Positions 28,387 to 36,388 of a DNA stretch of 64,000 nucleotides are shown piece after piece. Both the position numbers and the translations under genes were made by a program. The notes below the pieces were generated by a model. The model saw only the letters and a list, made by a program, of their open reading frames with translations, searched no databases and had not been told where the DNA came from. The stretch's first letter is position 1. Every line of letters starts with the position of its first letter. Source of the DNA: Bacteroidales bacterium UBA3630 (GTDB lineage: Bacteria > Bacteroidota > Bacteroidia > Bacteroidales > P3); assembly GCA_002373995.1 (NCBI GenBank), contig DFLB01000026.1, forward strand, positions 70,127-134,126, written 5' to 3'.

Positions 28387-29013
28387 TTAATCTAAGATCC
28401 AATAGGTGATGCTTGTGCAAAGTATACCCAACCCTGCGCCGGCCAGCACGTCGCCGGCCCAATGGCGGTTGTTATAGATACGCATGGCTCCAACGAGGGC
28501 AGCAGTGGCATAGCCCATAATAGCAATCCAGGGATAGTTCTCACCGTATTCGCGACGAAGAATCTCGGCACCGGTGAAAGCAGTGAAAGTGTGACCGCTG
28601 GGAAAACTATTGAAAGTTGACTCGTCAGGTCGCTGGATGGCTAAACCATACTTGGCGACATTGAGGACAGTGGCACCGAGCAGGTAACTGCCCCCTTCGA
28701 GCAGAGCCAAACGCCAGAAGGAGTGGCGACCTTTGATGCCACAGAGGTTCAGTGCCACGGGTGCAACAGCCGGTAAATATTGCAGATAGTCGTCGAAGGG
28801 CTGACGGATATGGCCGTCGGACTGGACGTTGTCGCGCAGAGCAACGGCTTGCGTCTTAAGGTAAGGATTATAAGTGAATAAAGAGCCGCTGGCAATCAGA
28901 GTGGTACCGATGGCTGGGGATAGTAGAGGTTCGCGGATAGCGGATGCTGTGTCCCATTGTGCCCTGACGGGTACAATGGCTACAAGCATCAGTATAACCA
29001 ACATCCGCCTCAT
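28387..29013 (-). CDS. PAP2-family phosphatase
   Basis: The three PAP2 motifs are present: IQRPDES, FPSGHT and NRHWAGDV. Confidence 0.75.
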   Translation of the reverse strand: MRRMLVILMLVAIVPVRAQWDTASAIREPLLSPAIGTTLIASGSLFTYNPYLKTQAVALRDNVQSDGHIRQPFDDYLQYLPAVAPVALNLCGIKGRHSFWRLALLEGGSYLLGATVLNVAKYGLAIQRPDESTFNSFPSGHTFTAFTGAEILRREYGENYPWIAIMGYATAALVGAMRIYNNRHWAGDVLAGAGLGILCTSITYWILD

Positions 29014-29711
29014 AGGGTAAGTGTGCCGTTTTTGAGGACAGGTACTACGGGACAGGTGTCCTGTTTGAACGCAAAGGGTATGTCAACTTCAGCACCAAGA
29101 CGCTGCAAACGAAGCACATGTGAAGCATTGGCGCAGTAGGACAACGGGTCGCCATTAGTGGCTTTCCAGAGGGCTGAAGTCATGGCGGCAGCATCGCCAT
29201 GAGGTTGGGCGGCATTGCCGAGGGCTTCTATCAGAGCTCCCGCCACCAAGGTGTCTTCAAGACAGAAGTCGTTTTTCCAGCCACTACAGAGGAGTACAAC
29301 ATCTTGAGCATCACGTTGCAAGCGGGCTGCCAATGCGTGTATGTTGGCGAAGGCCCCCACCAGCGTCAGGTCGGCATCGGCGGCCCTGAGAATGGATACA
29401 GTACCATTGGTGGTGCTGTAGGCAATACGTTGGCCAGCAAGATTGTAGCGTAGATACTCTGTCGGAGAATTGCCATATTCTGCACCTGCCACCTTTTCCC
29501 CATTGCGTTCGGCTGCCAGATGATAGCCAAGGGGTCGATAAACCTCCAACGCCTCAAGGTTGTCCAGTGGTACCACTTCGATACAGCCGGCTTGGAAAGC
29601 GGCACAAATGGCAGTGGTGGCCCGCAGGACATCTATTGCCACAGTGGTATGGTGCTCTGTCAGCGTGCGGTAAGGGTAAAGTGCGGGAGATAAGGATACC
29701 TCAATTCTCAT
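29010..29711 (-). CDS. comB: 2-phosphosulfolactate phosphatase family (ComB-like)
   Basis: 233 aa. VAIDVLRATTAICAAF and a conserved GERNG-type segment (AAERNGEKVAG). Confidence 0.75.
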   Translation of the reverse strand: MRIEVSLSPALYPYRTLTEHHTTVAIDVLRATTAICAAFQAGCIEVVPLDNLEALEVYRPLGYHLAAERNGEKVAGAEYGNSPTEYLRYNLAGQRIAYSTTNGTVSILRAADADLTLVGAFANIHALAARLQRDAQDVVLLCSGWKNDFCLEDTLVAGALIEALGNAAQPHGDAAAMTSALWKATNGDPLSYCANASHVLRLQRLGAEVDIPFAFKQDTCPVVPVLKNGTLTL

Positions 29712-30456
29712 TCGTCTTCAATAGTTCGACGCCCCCATTGGGGTTGATATTCAGATTAAAATACTCCGGGTGGGAGACGGTGTAACGTTCAATACCCGCC
29801 CCCCGACTACGACTGCCAGAAGGAATGTCCCTGAGAACGTACATATTAACCAGTTCGACCAGGCGGCATCGCTGTGCCGTTTCAAGGTCGCAACCATATT
29901 TTTCGGCAAAGGCTATATCTTCGCCAAGGGGCTTAGGGTTGCCTTTGAAGTCGGTCCACAATTGCTTCGAGGCTTTAACAAAGACGTGCATCACCTCGTT
30001 GCCGGTGCGTGTTGAGCGGAGTGCGTATTCGATTTCAGCCGCCCAGGGGTTGCCACCTTCGTTCCAAGAATGCAGGGTGATGAAGAGCACTGCGTCGATG
30101 CCAAGTTGGTCGTAGTAATCGTTGATATTGTCGTTGCGCAGTTGTTTACCCGTGCGGGTCTCGGTGGCTGCAAGTTGTGCCGACGCGAGTGGACCAAGAG
30201 CGTAATAGCCTTTGAGTATCAAAGGGTCGGAAGCAGTAAGGAATAGATGTTTGGTGGCGGTGTTGAGGGAGGCGTTATAGAGGGAGTCGTCGAGCGTGCG
30301 CATAGGATGCCTGAGGGAATGGTCGACAAGCGGCGCAATGTAGATCGTCTGGGGTCTCTCTTTATAGACTTCGTCGTAGTGGGTCAGTTTTTTTTGTCCT
30401 TTACATCCGGAAAACAGGAGTGCGGCGGTGGCTATCACCCATACGAATTTCCTCAT
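29701..30456 (-). CDS. DUF799 (GNA1162-like) lipoprotein
   Basis: Lipobox LFSGC. IYIAPLVDHS...DAVLFITLHSW resembles DUF799. Confidence 0.55.
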   Translation of the reverse strand: MRKFVWVIATAALLFSGCKGQKKLTHYDEVYKERPQTIYIAPLVDHSLRHPMRTLDDSLYNASLNTATKHLFLTASDPLILKGYYALGPLASAQLAATETRTGKQLRNDNINDYYDQLGIDAVLFITLHSWNEGGNPWAAEIEYALRSTRTGNEVMHVFVKASKQLWTDFKGNPKPLGEDIAFAEKYGCDLETAQRCRLVELVNMYVLRDIPSGSRSRGAGIERYTVSHPEYFNLNINPNGGVELLKTNEN

Positions 30457-31274
30457 TTTTTGCCTCCTTTCTTGCTCTGTTGGGCTTTGCGTTCGGCAGC
30501 TTTTTTCTGGCGTTCCTTTTTACGCTGTTTCTCGAGGCGTTTTTTCTCTTTCTGAGCTATTTTCTTGGCCTTTTCTTTCTCCTTCTTGGCTTTCTCGCGT
30601 TCTATTTTTTGCTGTTTTCGGTCATCGATCTTTTTCTGCTTGGCGGCGGCGACAGAATCCTGGTGCGCCTGCCGCAGTCTCTCGGTTTCAGCCTGTTGTT
30701 CGGCGAGCATCTCGCGTTTCTGGTTGGCGGTGAGACGGATGGGATACTCCACCGAGTCGGAGGGGGTCTGCTTGCCGATCCATTCCAGGTCGGTGCTGTC
30801 AATGACTGAAGGGACCCGAGGCAGCGGGTTGAGTGCGGTGATGGAGTCGTAGGCCCACTTTGCCAGAATGGTTCTGTCGATGGTGTCACCGGGAAGGGTG
30901 AGCGTGTCGGTCATCATTTCCGGTACCATCCGTTGCTTGATGCGCAGGACGATACGTCGGCTTTGTGGGAAGGCCTTGATTTCGGTGTTGAACATACGGC
31001 TTGCCATTTCCTTATGCCCCATCTGGGATAACGCCACCCCACAGTCGGCATAGAGGCCGGGGTGGAGCGTGTCTGCCTTGATAGCTTCGTTGATGGCATC
31101 AGCATAGGAGGTGGCGAGGGAGTAGAGCGTGCCGTAGGTGGCTTGTGTCTGATAGGTCAGAACCTGTTCGCGGGGCATGCCCTTGTATTGTCCGGAACAG
31201 GCGGCGAGCAATAGCGCTGTCGCGAGGAGAGCGATTGCCTTTCCCTTGTCCTTTTTCCTCTGTCCTATTCCCAT
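30453..31274 (-). CDS. DUF4810-like lipoprotein with a Lys/Glu-rich C-terminal extension
   Basis: Lipobox LAACSG. LHPGLYADCGVALSQMGHKEMASRMFNTEIKAFPQS matches the DUF4810 pattern. The tail reads KKEKEKAKKIAQKEKKRLEKQRKKERQKK. Confidence 0.5.
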   Translation of the reverse strand: MGIGQRKKDKGKAIALLATALLLAACSGQYKGMPREQVLTYQTQATYGTLYSLATSYADAINEAIKADTLHPGLYADCGVALSQMGHKEMASRMFNTEIKAFPQSRRIVLRIKQRMVPEMMTDTLTLPGDTIDRTILAKWAYDSITALNPLPRVPSVIDSTDLEWIGKQTPSDSVEYPIRLTANQKREMLAEQQAETERLRQAHQDSVAAAKQKKIDDRKQQKIEREKAKKEKEKAKKIAQKEKKRLEKQRKKERQKKAAERKAQQSKKGGKK

Positions 31275-31307
31275 ATTCCGTATTTCATTTTCACTTTCAA
31301 CAAAAAA

Positions 31308-31697
31308 GGCGAGGGCCTGTAAGCCGGGTTCTGTCGTGTTCTATCATTAATCTACTACCGCCGTCGCCGACGGTCTCTATCGACCTACCCCCCAACGAAT
31401 TGGTTTTCGGGCGAGCCGGCCCTTATGCGTTGGTATATGTGGTCTTTCAGCCCATGAGGCTTGCCATCGCCACTGTCACCAGTGTACGTCGTGAGCTCTT
31501 GCCTCGCGTTTTCACCCTTACCACCTTGAAGCTCAAGCCTCAAAGGGGCGGTATCTTTTCTGTGGCGCTTGCTGTCACCCGTGGCGGTTGTTATCCAAAC
31601 ACGGGTGCCTTCCCGTTAGGAAGCATGGTGGCTCGTGCTGCCCGGACTTTCCTCTCGGCATTGCTGCCCAGCGATAGAACGACCCTCGCTGCTTTTT
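31308..31697 (-). ncRNA. rnpB: RNase P RNA, bacterial type A
   Basis: The minus strand reads GAGAGGAAAGTCCGGGC near the 5' end and ACAGAACCCGGCTTACAGGCCCTCGCC at the 3' end. P1 pairs GCGAGGGUC with GGCCCUCGC. Confidence 0.9.
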
Positions 31698-31703
31698 CAG
31701 GCT

Positions 31704-31711
31704 GCAAAAGT
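31704..31711 (-). promoter_or_regulatory. -7 box TACTTTTG (minus strand) for rnpB
   Basis: The plus strand reads CAAAAGTA, a few nt upstream of the predicted rnpB 5' end. Confidence 0.55.
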
Positions 31712-31753
31712 ACAACTATTTTTCCAAACGGAAAAATAATTCTGCTTACTACC

Positions 31754-32632
31754 TTATCTTATGATGGTTACGGTTCCTTTTTCCTCACGCAACACACCCT
31801 CGCTGTCGCGGAAACGGGCCACCCAGACGTATGTTCCCTGCGGCAGATGTTGTCCGTCGTAGGTGGCATCCCATCCGCGGTTGATGTCGGTGGAGGAGAA
31901 GACCTGGCGTCCGCCGCGGTTGAAGATGTAGAGGTGCAGGTCAGACACGGGCGACGCCGCCGACAGGCGGAATATCCTGTTCTGTTCGTCGTCGCTCGAC
32001 GGCATGATGACGTTCGGGGCCCACAGGGTGTTGCTCTGCTGCGTGGCAACAGTTTGATTTGAAAGCTTGTAGCCGGTAGATTGCAGCGGCTGCGGGCTGT
32101 CGGTTGCGGGCGGGTTCTCTTCGGTCTTGCTGGCTTCGAAGTCGGGTTCTGGCGTTGACGATTGATTGTTGACAGCTGGCAGTTGGCGGTTGGCGGTTGG
32201 CGGCACAACGGCTGACACCGCATTCGGCTCGCCGCTCGCCGTATTGTTTTCCGCCATCTGACTTTCCGCTACTGGCGGCAGCTGGATACTGGTAGCAGAT
32301 GACTGGTCGGTCACATGCTCACGGCCGATGGGTGTCCTTGTATCGGGCTCAGGGCTGACGGTTGCCGGTTCGACGGCCGTCGTGGTGGGGCTGGAGGTTG
32401 TAACCTGCTGGTGGTATGACGGTTGAGGGCTGACGGCTGAGGCCTGAGGACCAGATGCCGACCTCCGGGTTCCGAGTTCCATGGCAGCAGCCACTCCAGC
32501 AACCACCAGGAGCACGCCCGCTGCCACCCCGCCCACGCGCATCCAGCGGCGGCGACGGAGGCGGCGCTCTATTCTCTCAAACATTCCCTCGTCGGGATCC
32601 ACGTTATACTTCTTCAAATCAATCATATCCAT
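31754..32632 (-). CDS. Anti-sigma-like membrane protein with a C-terminal T9SS type B (gliding-motility CTD) domain
   Basis: N-terminal FERIERRLRRRRW plus one TM helix. Low-complexity linker. C-terminal NVIMPSSDDEQNRIF...WDATYDGQHLPQGTYVWVARF...GTVTIIR. Confidence 0.6.
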   Translation of the reverse strand: MDMIDLKKYNVDPDEGMFERIERRLRRRRWMRVGGVAAGVLLVVAGVAAAMELGTRRSASGPQASAVSPQPSYHQQVTTSSPTTTAVEPATVSPEPDTRTPIGREHVTDQSSATSIQLPPVAESQMAENNTASGEPNAVSAVVPPTANRQLPAVNNQSSTPEPDFEASKTEENPPATDSPQPLQSTGYKLSNQTVATQQSNTLWAPNVIMPSSDDEQNRIFRLSAASPVSDLHLYIFNRGGRQVFSSTDINRGWDATYDGQHLPQGTYVWVARFRDSEGVLREEKGTVTIIR

Positions 32633-32636
32633 TGTT

Positions 32637-33164
32637 TCATTCTTCGTTTCTCGATACCCTCAGTTCTGCACGCAAGGCGGCACAGGCCCTGGAGTAGAGA
32701 GCCCTCACGTTCACCTCCGTGCAGTGCAGTTTCTGCGCAGCTTCCTTGTAGCTGTATTCCTCGACGGCCACGAGGTTGAAGACCACCTGTTGCTGCGGGG
32801 CGATACGTTGCAGGGCCAGCACAATCTCCTCGCTGCCAAAGGGGTCGGCGGGCCATACAGCGGCATCCACTCCCCCTTCCGTCTCGGCCATCGGCAACCG
32901 CTGACGGCGGAAATGCCGCAGACACTCGTTGACCATCACACTCCGCACCCACGCCGCCGTCTTTTCGGCATCCTTCAGCTGGCCGATGTGCTCAAAGACC
33001 CTGACAAAGCCGTCCTGCACCAGGTCGCGAGCCTCCTCCCTGTTCCGCACATAGCGCATACACACACCCATCGCCATCGGCGCCAAGCGCTCATACAGTT
33101 CACGTTGCGCCTGCCGCTGGTGCCGTCGGCACCCTTCCACAATCTCTGTATACTCTCCTGCCAT
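32637..33164 (-). CDS. ECF-type RNA polymerase sigma-70 factor
   Basis: Region 2 DLVQDGFVRVF and a region 4 HTH, YKEAAQKLHCTEVNVRALYSRA. Confidence 0.85.
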   Translation of the reverse strand: MAGEYTEIVEGCRRHQRQAQRELYERLAPMAMGVCMRYVRNREEARDLVQDGFVRVFEHIGQLKDAEKTAAWVRSVMVNECLRHFRRQRLPMAETEGGVDAAVWPADPFGSEEIVLALQRIAPQQQVVFNLVAVEEYSYKEAAQKLHCTEVNVRALYSRACAALRAELRVSRNEE

Positions 33165-33255
33165 GTTTTTTTTCGCACTTATAGATGCACTGTGAGACTC
33201 AAATGTTGTCAGATTAACATTTTTTAATAGTATGCACTTCGATCTTCAAGCGACT

Positions 33256-33335
33256 TCGGACCGCCAATCGTCCGTCTTTCATCGGACCACCCTCGGACCA
33301 TCATCGGACCATCCTCGGACCATCCCCGGACCAAG
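33256..33335. repeat. 11-12-bp phased tandem repeat (TCGGACCATCC type)
   Basis: Consecutive units at 33282, 33293, 33304 and 33315, with degenerate copies upstream. The array lies 90-170 bp upstream of the sigma-factor start. Confidence 0.7.
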
Positions 33336-33370
33336 AGCGGAGCAAAAGGTTATGTCGGGATATGAGACTC

Positions 33371-34087
33371 TTAGGTTTTAGGGTTCTTGGAATCAATGAC
33401 TTGCAGCACGGAGACGTATTCGTCGGCCACGGAGAAGCGGATTTCCCACTGGCTGTAGCGGATGGCGTAGACGCGGTTTGCGTCGTTTTGGTACTGGGGG
33501 CGAGGGTCTTGCAGGAGGCATTGGGTGACGGCGTGCCTGTCGGCTGGCGGCAGGAGGAGCAGGAGGCCGTGGTCGTCCACTATACCCTGGAGGGGTGTGG
33601 GAGGGGTGTGGGCGAAGCCGCTCCGTGCCAATGGGTGGCTGTCGGCGTAAGGGATGTAGGGTTTTATGTCGAGTATGGGGGTGCCGTCGACGAGGTCGGC
33701 ACCGGCTATGTGGAGGAGGGGCCCCAAGGTTGGTGATTGTTCCACTTGCAGTAGGCGGACGCTGGAGAGTCCGATGGCGTTGGGGCGGAAGGGGCTTCGG
33801 GTGGCGAAGACCCCTACCCTTTTGTTGCCGCCCAAGCGGGGCGGGCGGACGGTGGGCTTGAAAGCCGGTTGCCGGCAGTCGGCAGTTGACTGTGTGGGGT
33901 TGGCAGAGGCTAAGTGGAAGAGCCAGATGAGCCAGATGTATTCGAACTCTTCGAGGCCGCGCACGGCTTCGGAGACGCGGTACTGGGGTTCGAAGACGAT
34001 GCGGGCGGTGCTGTCCACGAGTCCCGCTTGCCGCGGTATACCGAATTTGTCTTTGAAGGGTGATTCTATGTGGGCTATCGGGGACAT
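33371..34087 (-). CDS. trmO: tRNA (t6A37-N6)-methyltransferase TrmO (YaeB family)
   Basis: IAHIESPFKDKFGIPRQAGLV...GLEEFEYIWLIWLFH. Start set at MSPIAHI. A longer reading to 34156 would translate the repeat hairpin. Confidence 0.8.
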   Translation of the reverse strand: MSPIAHIESPFKDKFGIPRQAGLVDSTARIVFEPQYRVSEAVRGLEEFEYIWLIWLFHLASANPTQSTADCRQPAFKPTVRPPRLGGNKRVGVFATRSPFRPNAIGLSSVRLLQVEQSPTLGPLLHIAGADLVDGTPILDIKPYIPYADSHPLARSGFAHTPPTPLQGIVDDHGLLLLLPPADRHAVTQCLLQDPRPQYQNDANRVYAIRYSQWEIRFSVADEYVSVLQVIDSKNPKT

Positions 34088-34102
34088 AGGCGGCTGGTGG
34101 AT

Positions 34103-34185
34103 GGTAGCTGGTAGCTGATAGCTGGTAGCTGGGAGCGAGTAGTCATGGTCAACCATAAGCTTCCAGCTACCAGCTACCAGCTACC
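34103..34185. repeat. Inverted pair of heptanucleotide arrays, (GGTAGCT)4-5 and (CCAGCTA)3, forming a long hairpin
   Basis: The left arm is 34103-34136 and the right arm 34163-34185. The loop contains the palindrome ATGGTCAACCAT. The hairpin spans the stop of the upstream gene and the 5' end of trmO. Confidence 0.85.
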
Positions 34186-35200
34186 TGCTTATGTTACGCC
34201 ATACGGCGTCGAAGTCGGCTTTGTTTTTGAGCAGGGTGTTGGGGATGTCGAGGGAATAGGGGCAGCGGCTTTTGCAGAGGTTGCAGTGGACGCAGAGGTC
34301 TATCTTGTCCATTTCGCGGCGCCAGGAGTCGGTGACGTAAACGCTGTGCGGGGCGCGTTGGAGGAAGAGGCTCATGCGGTTGCAGTCTTGTATTTGGATG
34401 CCGACGGTGCAGGGTTGGCAGTAGCCGCAGCCGCGGCAGAAGTCGCCGGAGAGCTCACGGCGGTCTTTTTCGATCAGTTGCAGCATATCTGCTGTCAGCG
34501 CCGGCGGGTTGTCCTGATAGGACAGCCATTCGTCGAGCTCGGTTTCTTTCTGTATGCCCCAGATGGGGGCCACCTCGTATTGTGCCAGCCAAGCGTAGGC
34601 GGCGGCGGAGTGGGTGATGAGGCCACCGCTGAGGCCTTTCATGCAGATGAAGCCCATATCAGAGGCGAGAGTGCGTTGCACGATGTCGATGTCGGCTTGC
34701 GAAGCCAGGTAGCTGAAGGGGTATTGGAGGGTTTCGTAGAGGCCGCTTTCGATGGCTTCCACGGCCACGCGCTGACGGTGGTTGGTGATGCCGATATGCA
34801 GCACTTTGCCCTCACTCACAGCTTGTTCCATTGCCTCGTAGAGTCCGCTGCCGTCGCCGGGTTTGGGGCAGAACGGGAGGTTGTGGAACTGGTAGAGGTC
34901 GACATGGTCAGTGCGCAGCAGGCGCAAGCTGGTTTCGAGGTCTTTGCGGAAACCCTCGGCGGTTGTGGCACCTGTTTTGGTGCTAATTATCACCTCGTTG
35001 CGGCGGCCTTCGAGGGCGATGCCGAGCTTCTCCTCGCTGTCGGTGTAGAAGCGGGCGGTGTCGAAGTAGTACATGCCGCCGTCGAGGGCGCGGCGGACGA
35101 GCCTGACGGCGTCGGCCTGGCTGATGCGTTGTATGGGGAGGGCCCCGAATCCGTTGCGCGGCACGACGAGGCCGCTGCGTCCAAGTCTTACTTTCTGCAT
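34181..35200 (-). CDS. Aldo/keto reductase with C-terminal 4Fe-4S cluster domain
   Basis: Start at MQKVRLGRSGLVVPRNGFG. AKR core. C-terminal CRGCGYCQPC and CVHCNLCKSRCP. Confidence 0.8.
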   Translation of the reverse strand: MQKVRLGRSGLVVPRNGFGALPIQRISQADAVRLVRRALDGGMYYFDTARFYTDSEEKLGIALEGRRNEVIISTKTGATTAEGFRKDLETSLRLLRTDHVDLYQFHNLPFCPKPGDGSGLYEAMEQAVSEGKVLHIGITNHRQRVAVEAIESGLYETLQYPFSYLASQADIDIVQRTLASDMGFICMKGLSGGLITHSAAAYAWLAQYEVAPIWGIQKETELDEWLSYQDNPPALTADMLQLIEKDRRELSGDFCRGCGYCQPCTVGIQIQDCNRMSLFLQRAPHSVYVTDSWRREMDKIDLCVHCNLCKSRCPYSLDIPNTLLKNKADFDAVWRNISR

Positions 35201-36219
35201 ATTTCTTCTTTTAGTGCGTTTACGAAATCGTAGATATCCTGTTCGGTGGTGTCGAAGGAGCACATCCAGCGCACGATGTCGGCGTCTTCGTCCCAATCGT
35301 AGAAGAAGTACCGTTGCTGCAGTCTTTTCCAGACCTCGCGCGGCAGCTGGGCGAAAACGCTGTTTGCCTGCACGGGGTACATGATTTTCACTCCTTCCAC
35401 TTTTTCCACCTCGGCGCACAGCAGCCGGGCCATGAGGTTGCTGTGCAGGGCGTTGCGGCGCCACATGCCGCTTTCAAGGTAGCATTCCATCTGGGCTGCC
35501 ATGAAGCGCATTTTGCTGCCGAGTTGCGTCATCTGTTTGCGGCGGTACTTGATGTCGATATCGAGTGCTGAATTTAAAAGGATGCAGCTTTCGCCCATGA
35601 TCAAGCCGTTTTTGGTGCCGCCGAAGCTGAGGGCGTCCACGCCACAGTCTGTGGTCATTTGCCTGAAGGAGCAACCCATAGCCACAGCTGCATTTGCCAG
35701 CCGAGCGCCGTCGAGGTGCAGGTACATGCCGTGAGAGTGCGCCAGGTCGGCCAGTGCCTTGATTTCTTCGAGGGTGTAGAGTGTTCCGAGTTCGGTGGGC
35801 TGACTGATGCTGATGGCTCGTGGCTGGCTGTGGTGTTCGAAGCCGAACCCGTGCAGGCGGGTTTTGACGAGGGCTGGTGTCAGTTTGCCGTCGGGGGTGG
35901 CGACGGTCAGCAGGCGGCATCCCACCACACGTTGCGGCGCACCGCATTCGTCGACGTTGATATGCGCCGTTTCGGCACAGACCACGGCCTCGTGGCTGCG
36001 GCACATGGCGTCGATGGAGAGCACGTTGGCTCCCGTGCCGTTAAACACGAGATAGCTACGGGCCTGGTCGCCGAATTCCTTTTTGACCAAGGCTTTCAAC
36101 CGCGCTGTTATTTCGTCGTCGCCATAGGCCAGTGCGTGTGCATCGTTGGCGCGTTGCAGAGCTTCCAGCACTTCGGGGCTGAAACCAGAATGGTTGTCGC
36201 TTCCAAATCCTCTTTGCAT
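35188..36219 (-). CDS. ltaE: Low-specificity L-threonine aldolase family (PLP-dependent)
   Basis: FGSDNHSGFSPEVLEAL...NGTGANVLS...SFGGTKNG, which contains the PLP-lysine context. Confidence 0.8.
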   Translation of the reverse strand: MQRGFGSDNHSGFSPEVLEALQRANDAHALAYGDDEITARLKALVKKEFGDQARSYLVFNGTGANVLSIDAMCRSHEAVVCAETAHINVDECGAPQRVVGCRLLTVATPDGKLTPALVKTRLHGFGFEHHSQPRAISISQPTELGTLYTLEEIKALADLAHSHGMYLHLDGARLANAAVAMGCSFRQMTTDCGVDALSFGGTKNGLIMGESCILLNSALDIDIKYRRKQMTQLGSKMRFMAAQMECYLESGMWRRNALHSNLMARLLCAEVEKVEGVKIMYPVQANSVFAQLPREVWKRLQQRYFFYDWDEDADIVRWMCSFDTTEQDIYDFVNALKEEICRK

Positions 36220-36266
36220 ATAGTAATCAATTCATTAAGAATAATTCAACTGTCTGTCGGCAACTG

Positions 36267-36274
36267 CAAAGATA
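36267..36274 (-). promoter_or_regulatory. -7 box TATCTTTG (minus strand) for ltaE
   Basis: The plus strand reads CAAAGATA, 48 nt upstream of the ATG at 36219. Confidence 0.5.
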
Positions 36275-36319
36275 CGAAAAAAGTGGAGAGTGGAGAGAGG
36301 AAAGTGGGGATATCCTGCA

Positions 36320-36356
36320 TAAAAAGGGTGAGAGCGCCCATTCGGACGCTCCCACC
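36320..36356 (-). terminator. Intrinsic terminator after clpB
   Basis: The minus strand reads GGTGGGAGCG-loop-CGCTCTCACC followed by CTTTTTAT. Confidence 0.55.
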
Positions 36357-36388
36357 ACAATGAAAAAAACAAGTATTATGAAAAAGAT

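Noticed and set aside
31145-32062. A 305-aa plus-strand ORF
   Set aside because: It runs antisense through RNase P RNA and the anti-sigma-like gene. The RNase P signatures explain this DNA.
35201-35464. N-terminal extension making the aldo/keto reductase ORF 427 aa
   Set aside because: The extension overlaps ltaE in another frame and is Arg-rich junk. The canonical AKR start MQKVRLGRSG is at 35200.
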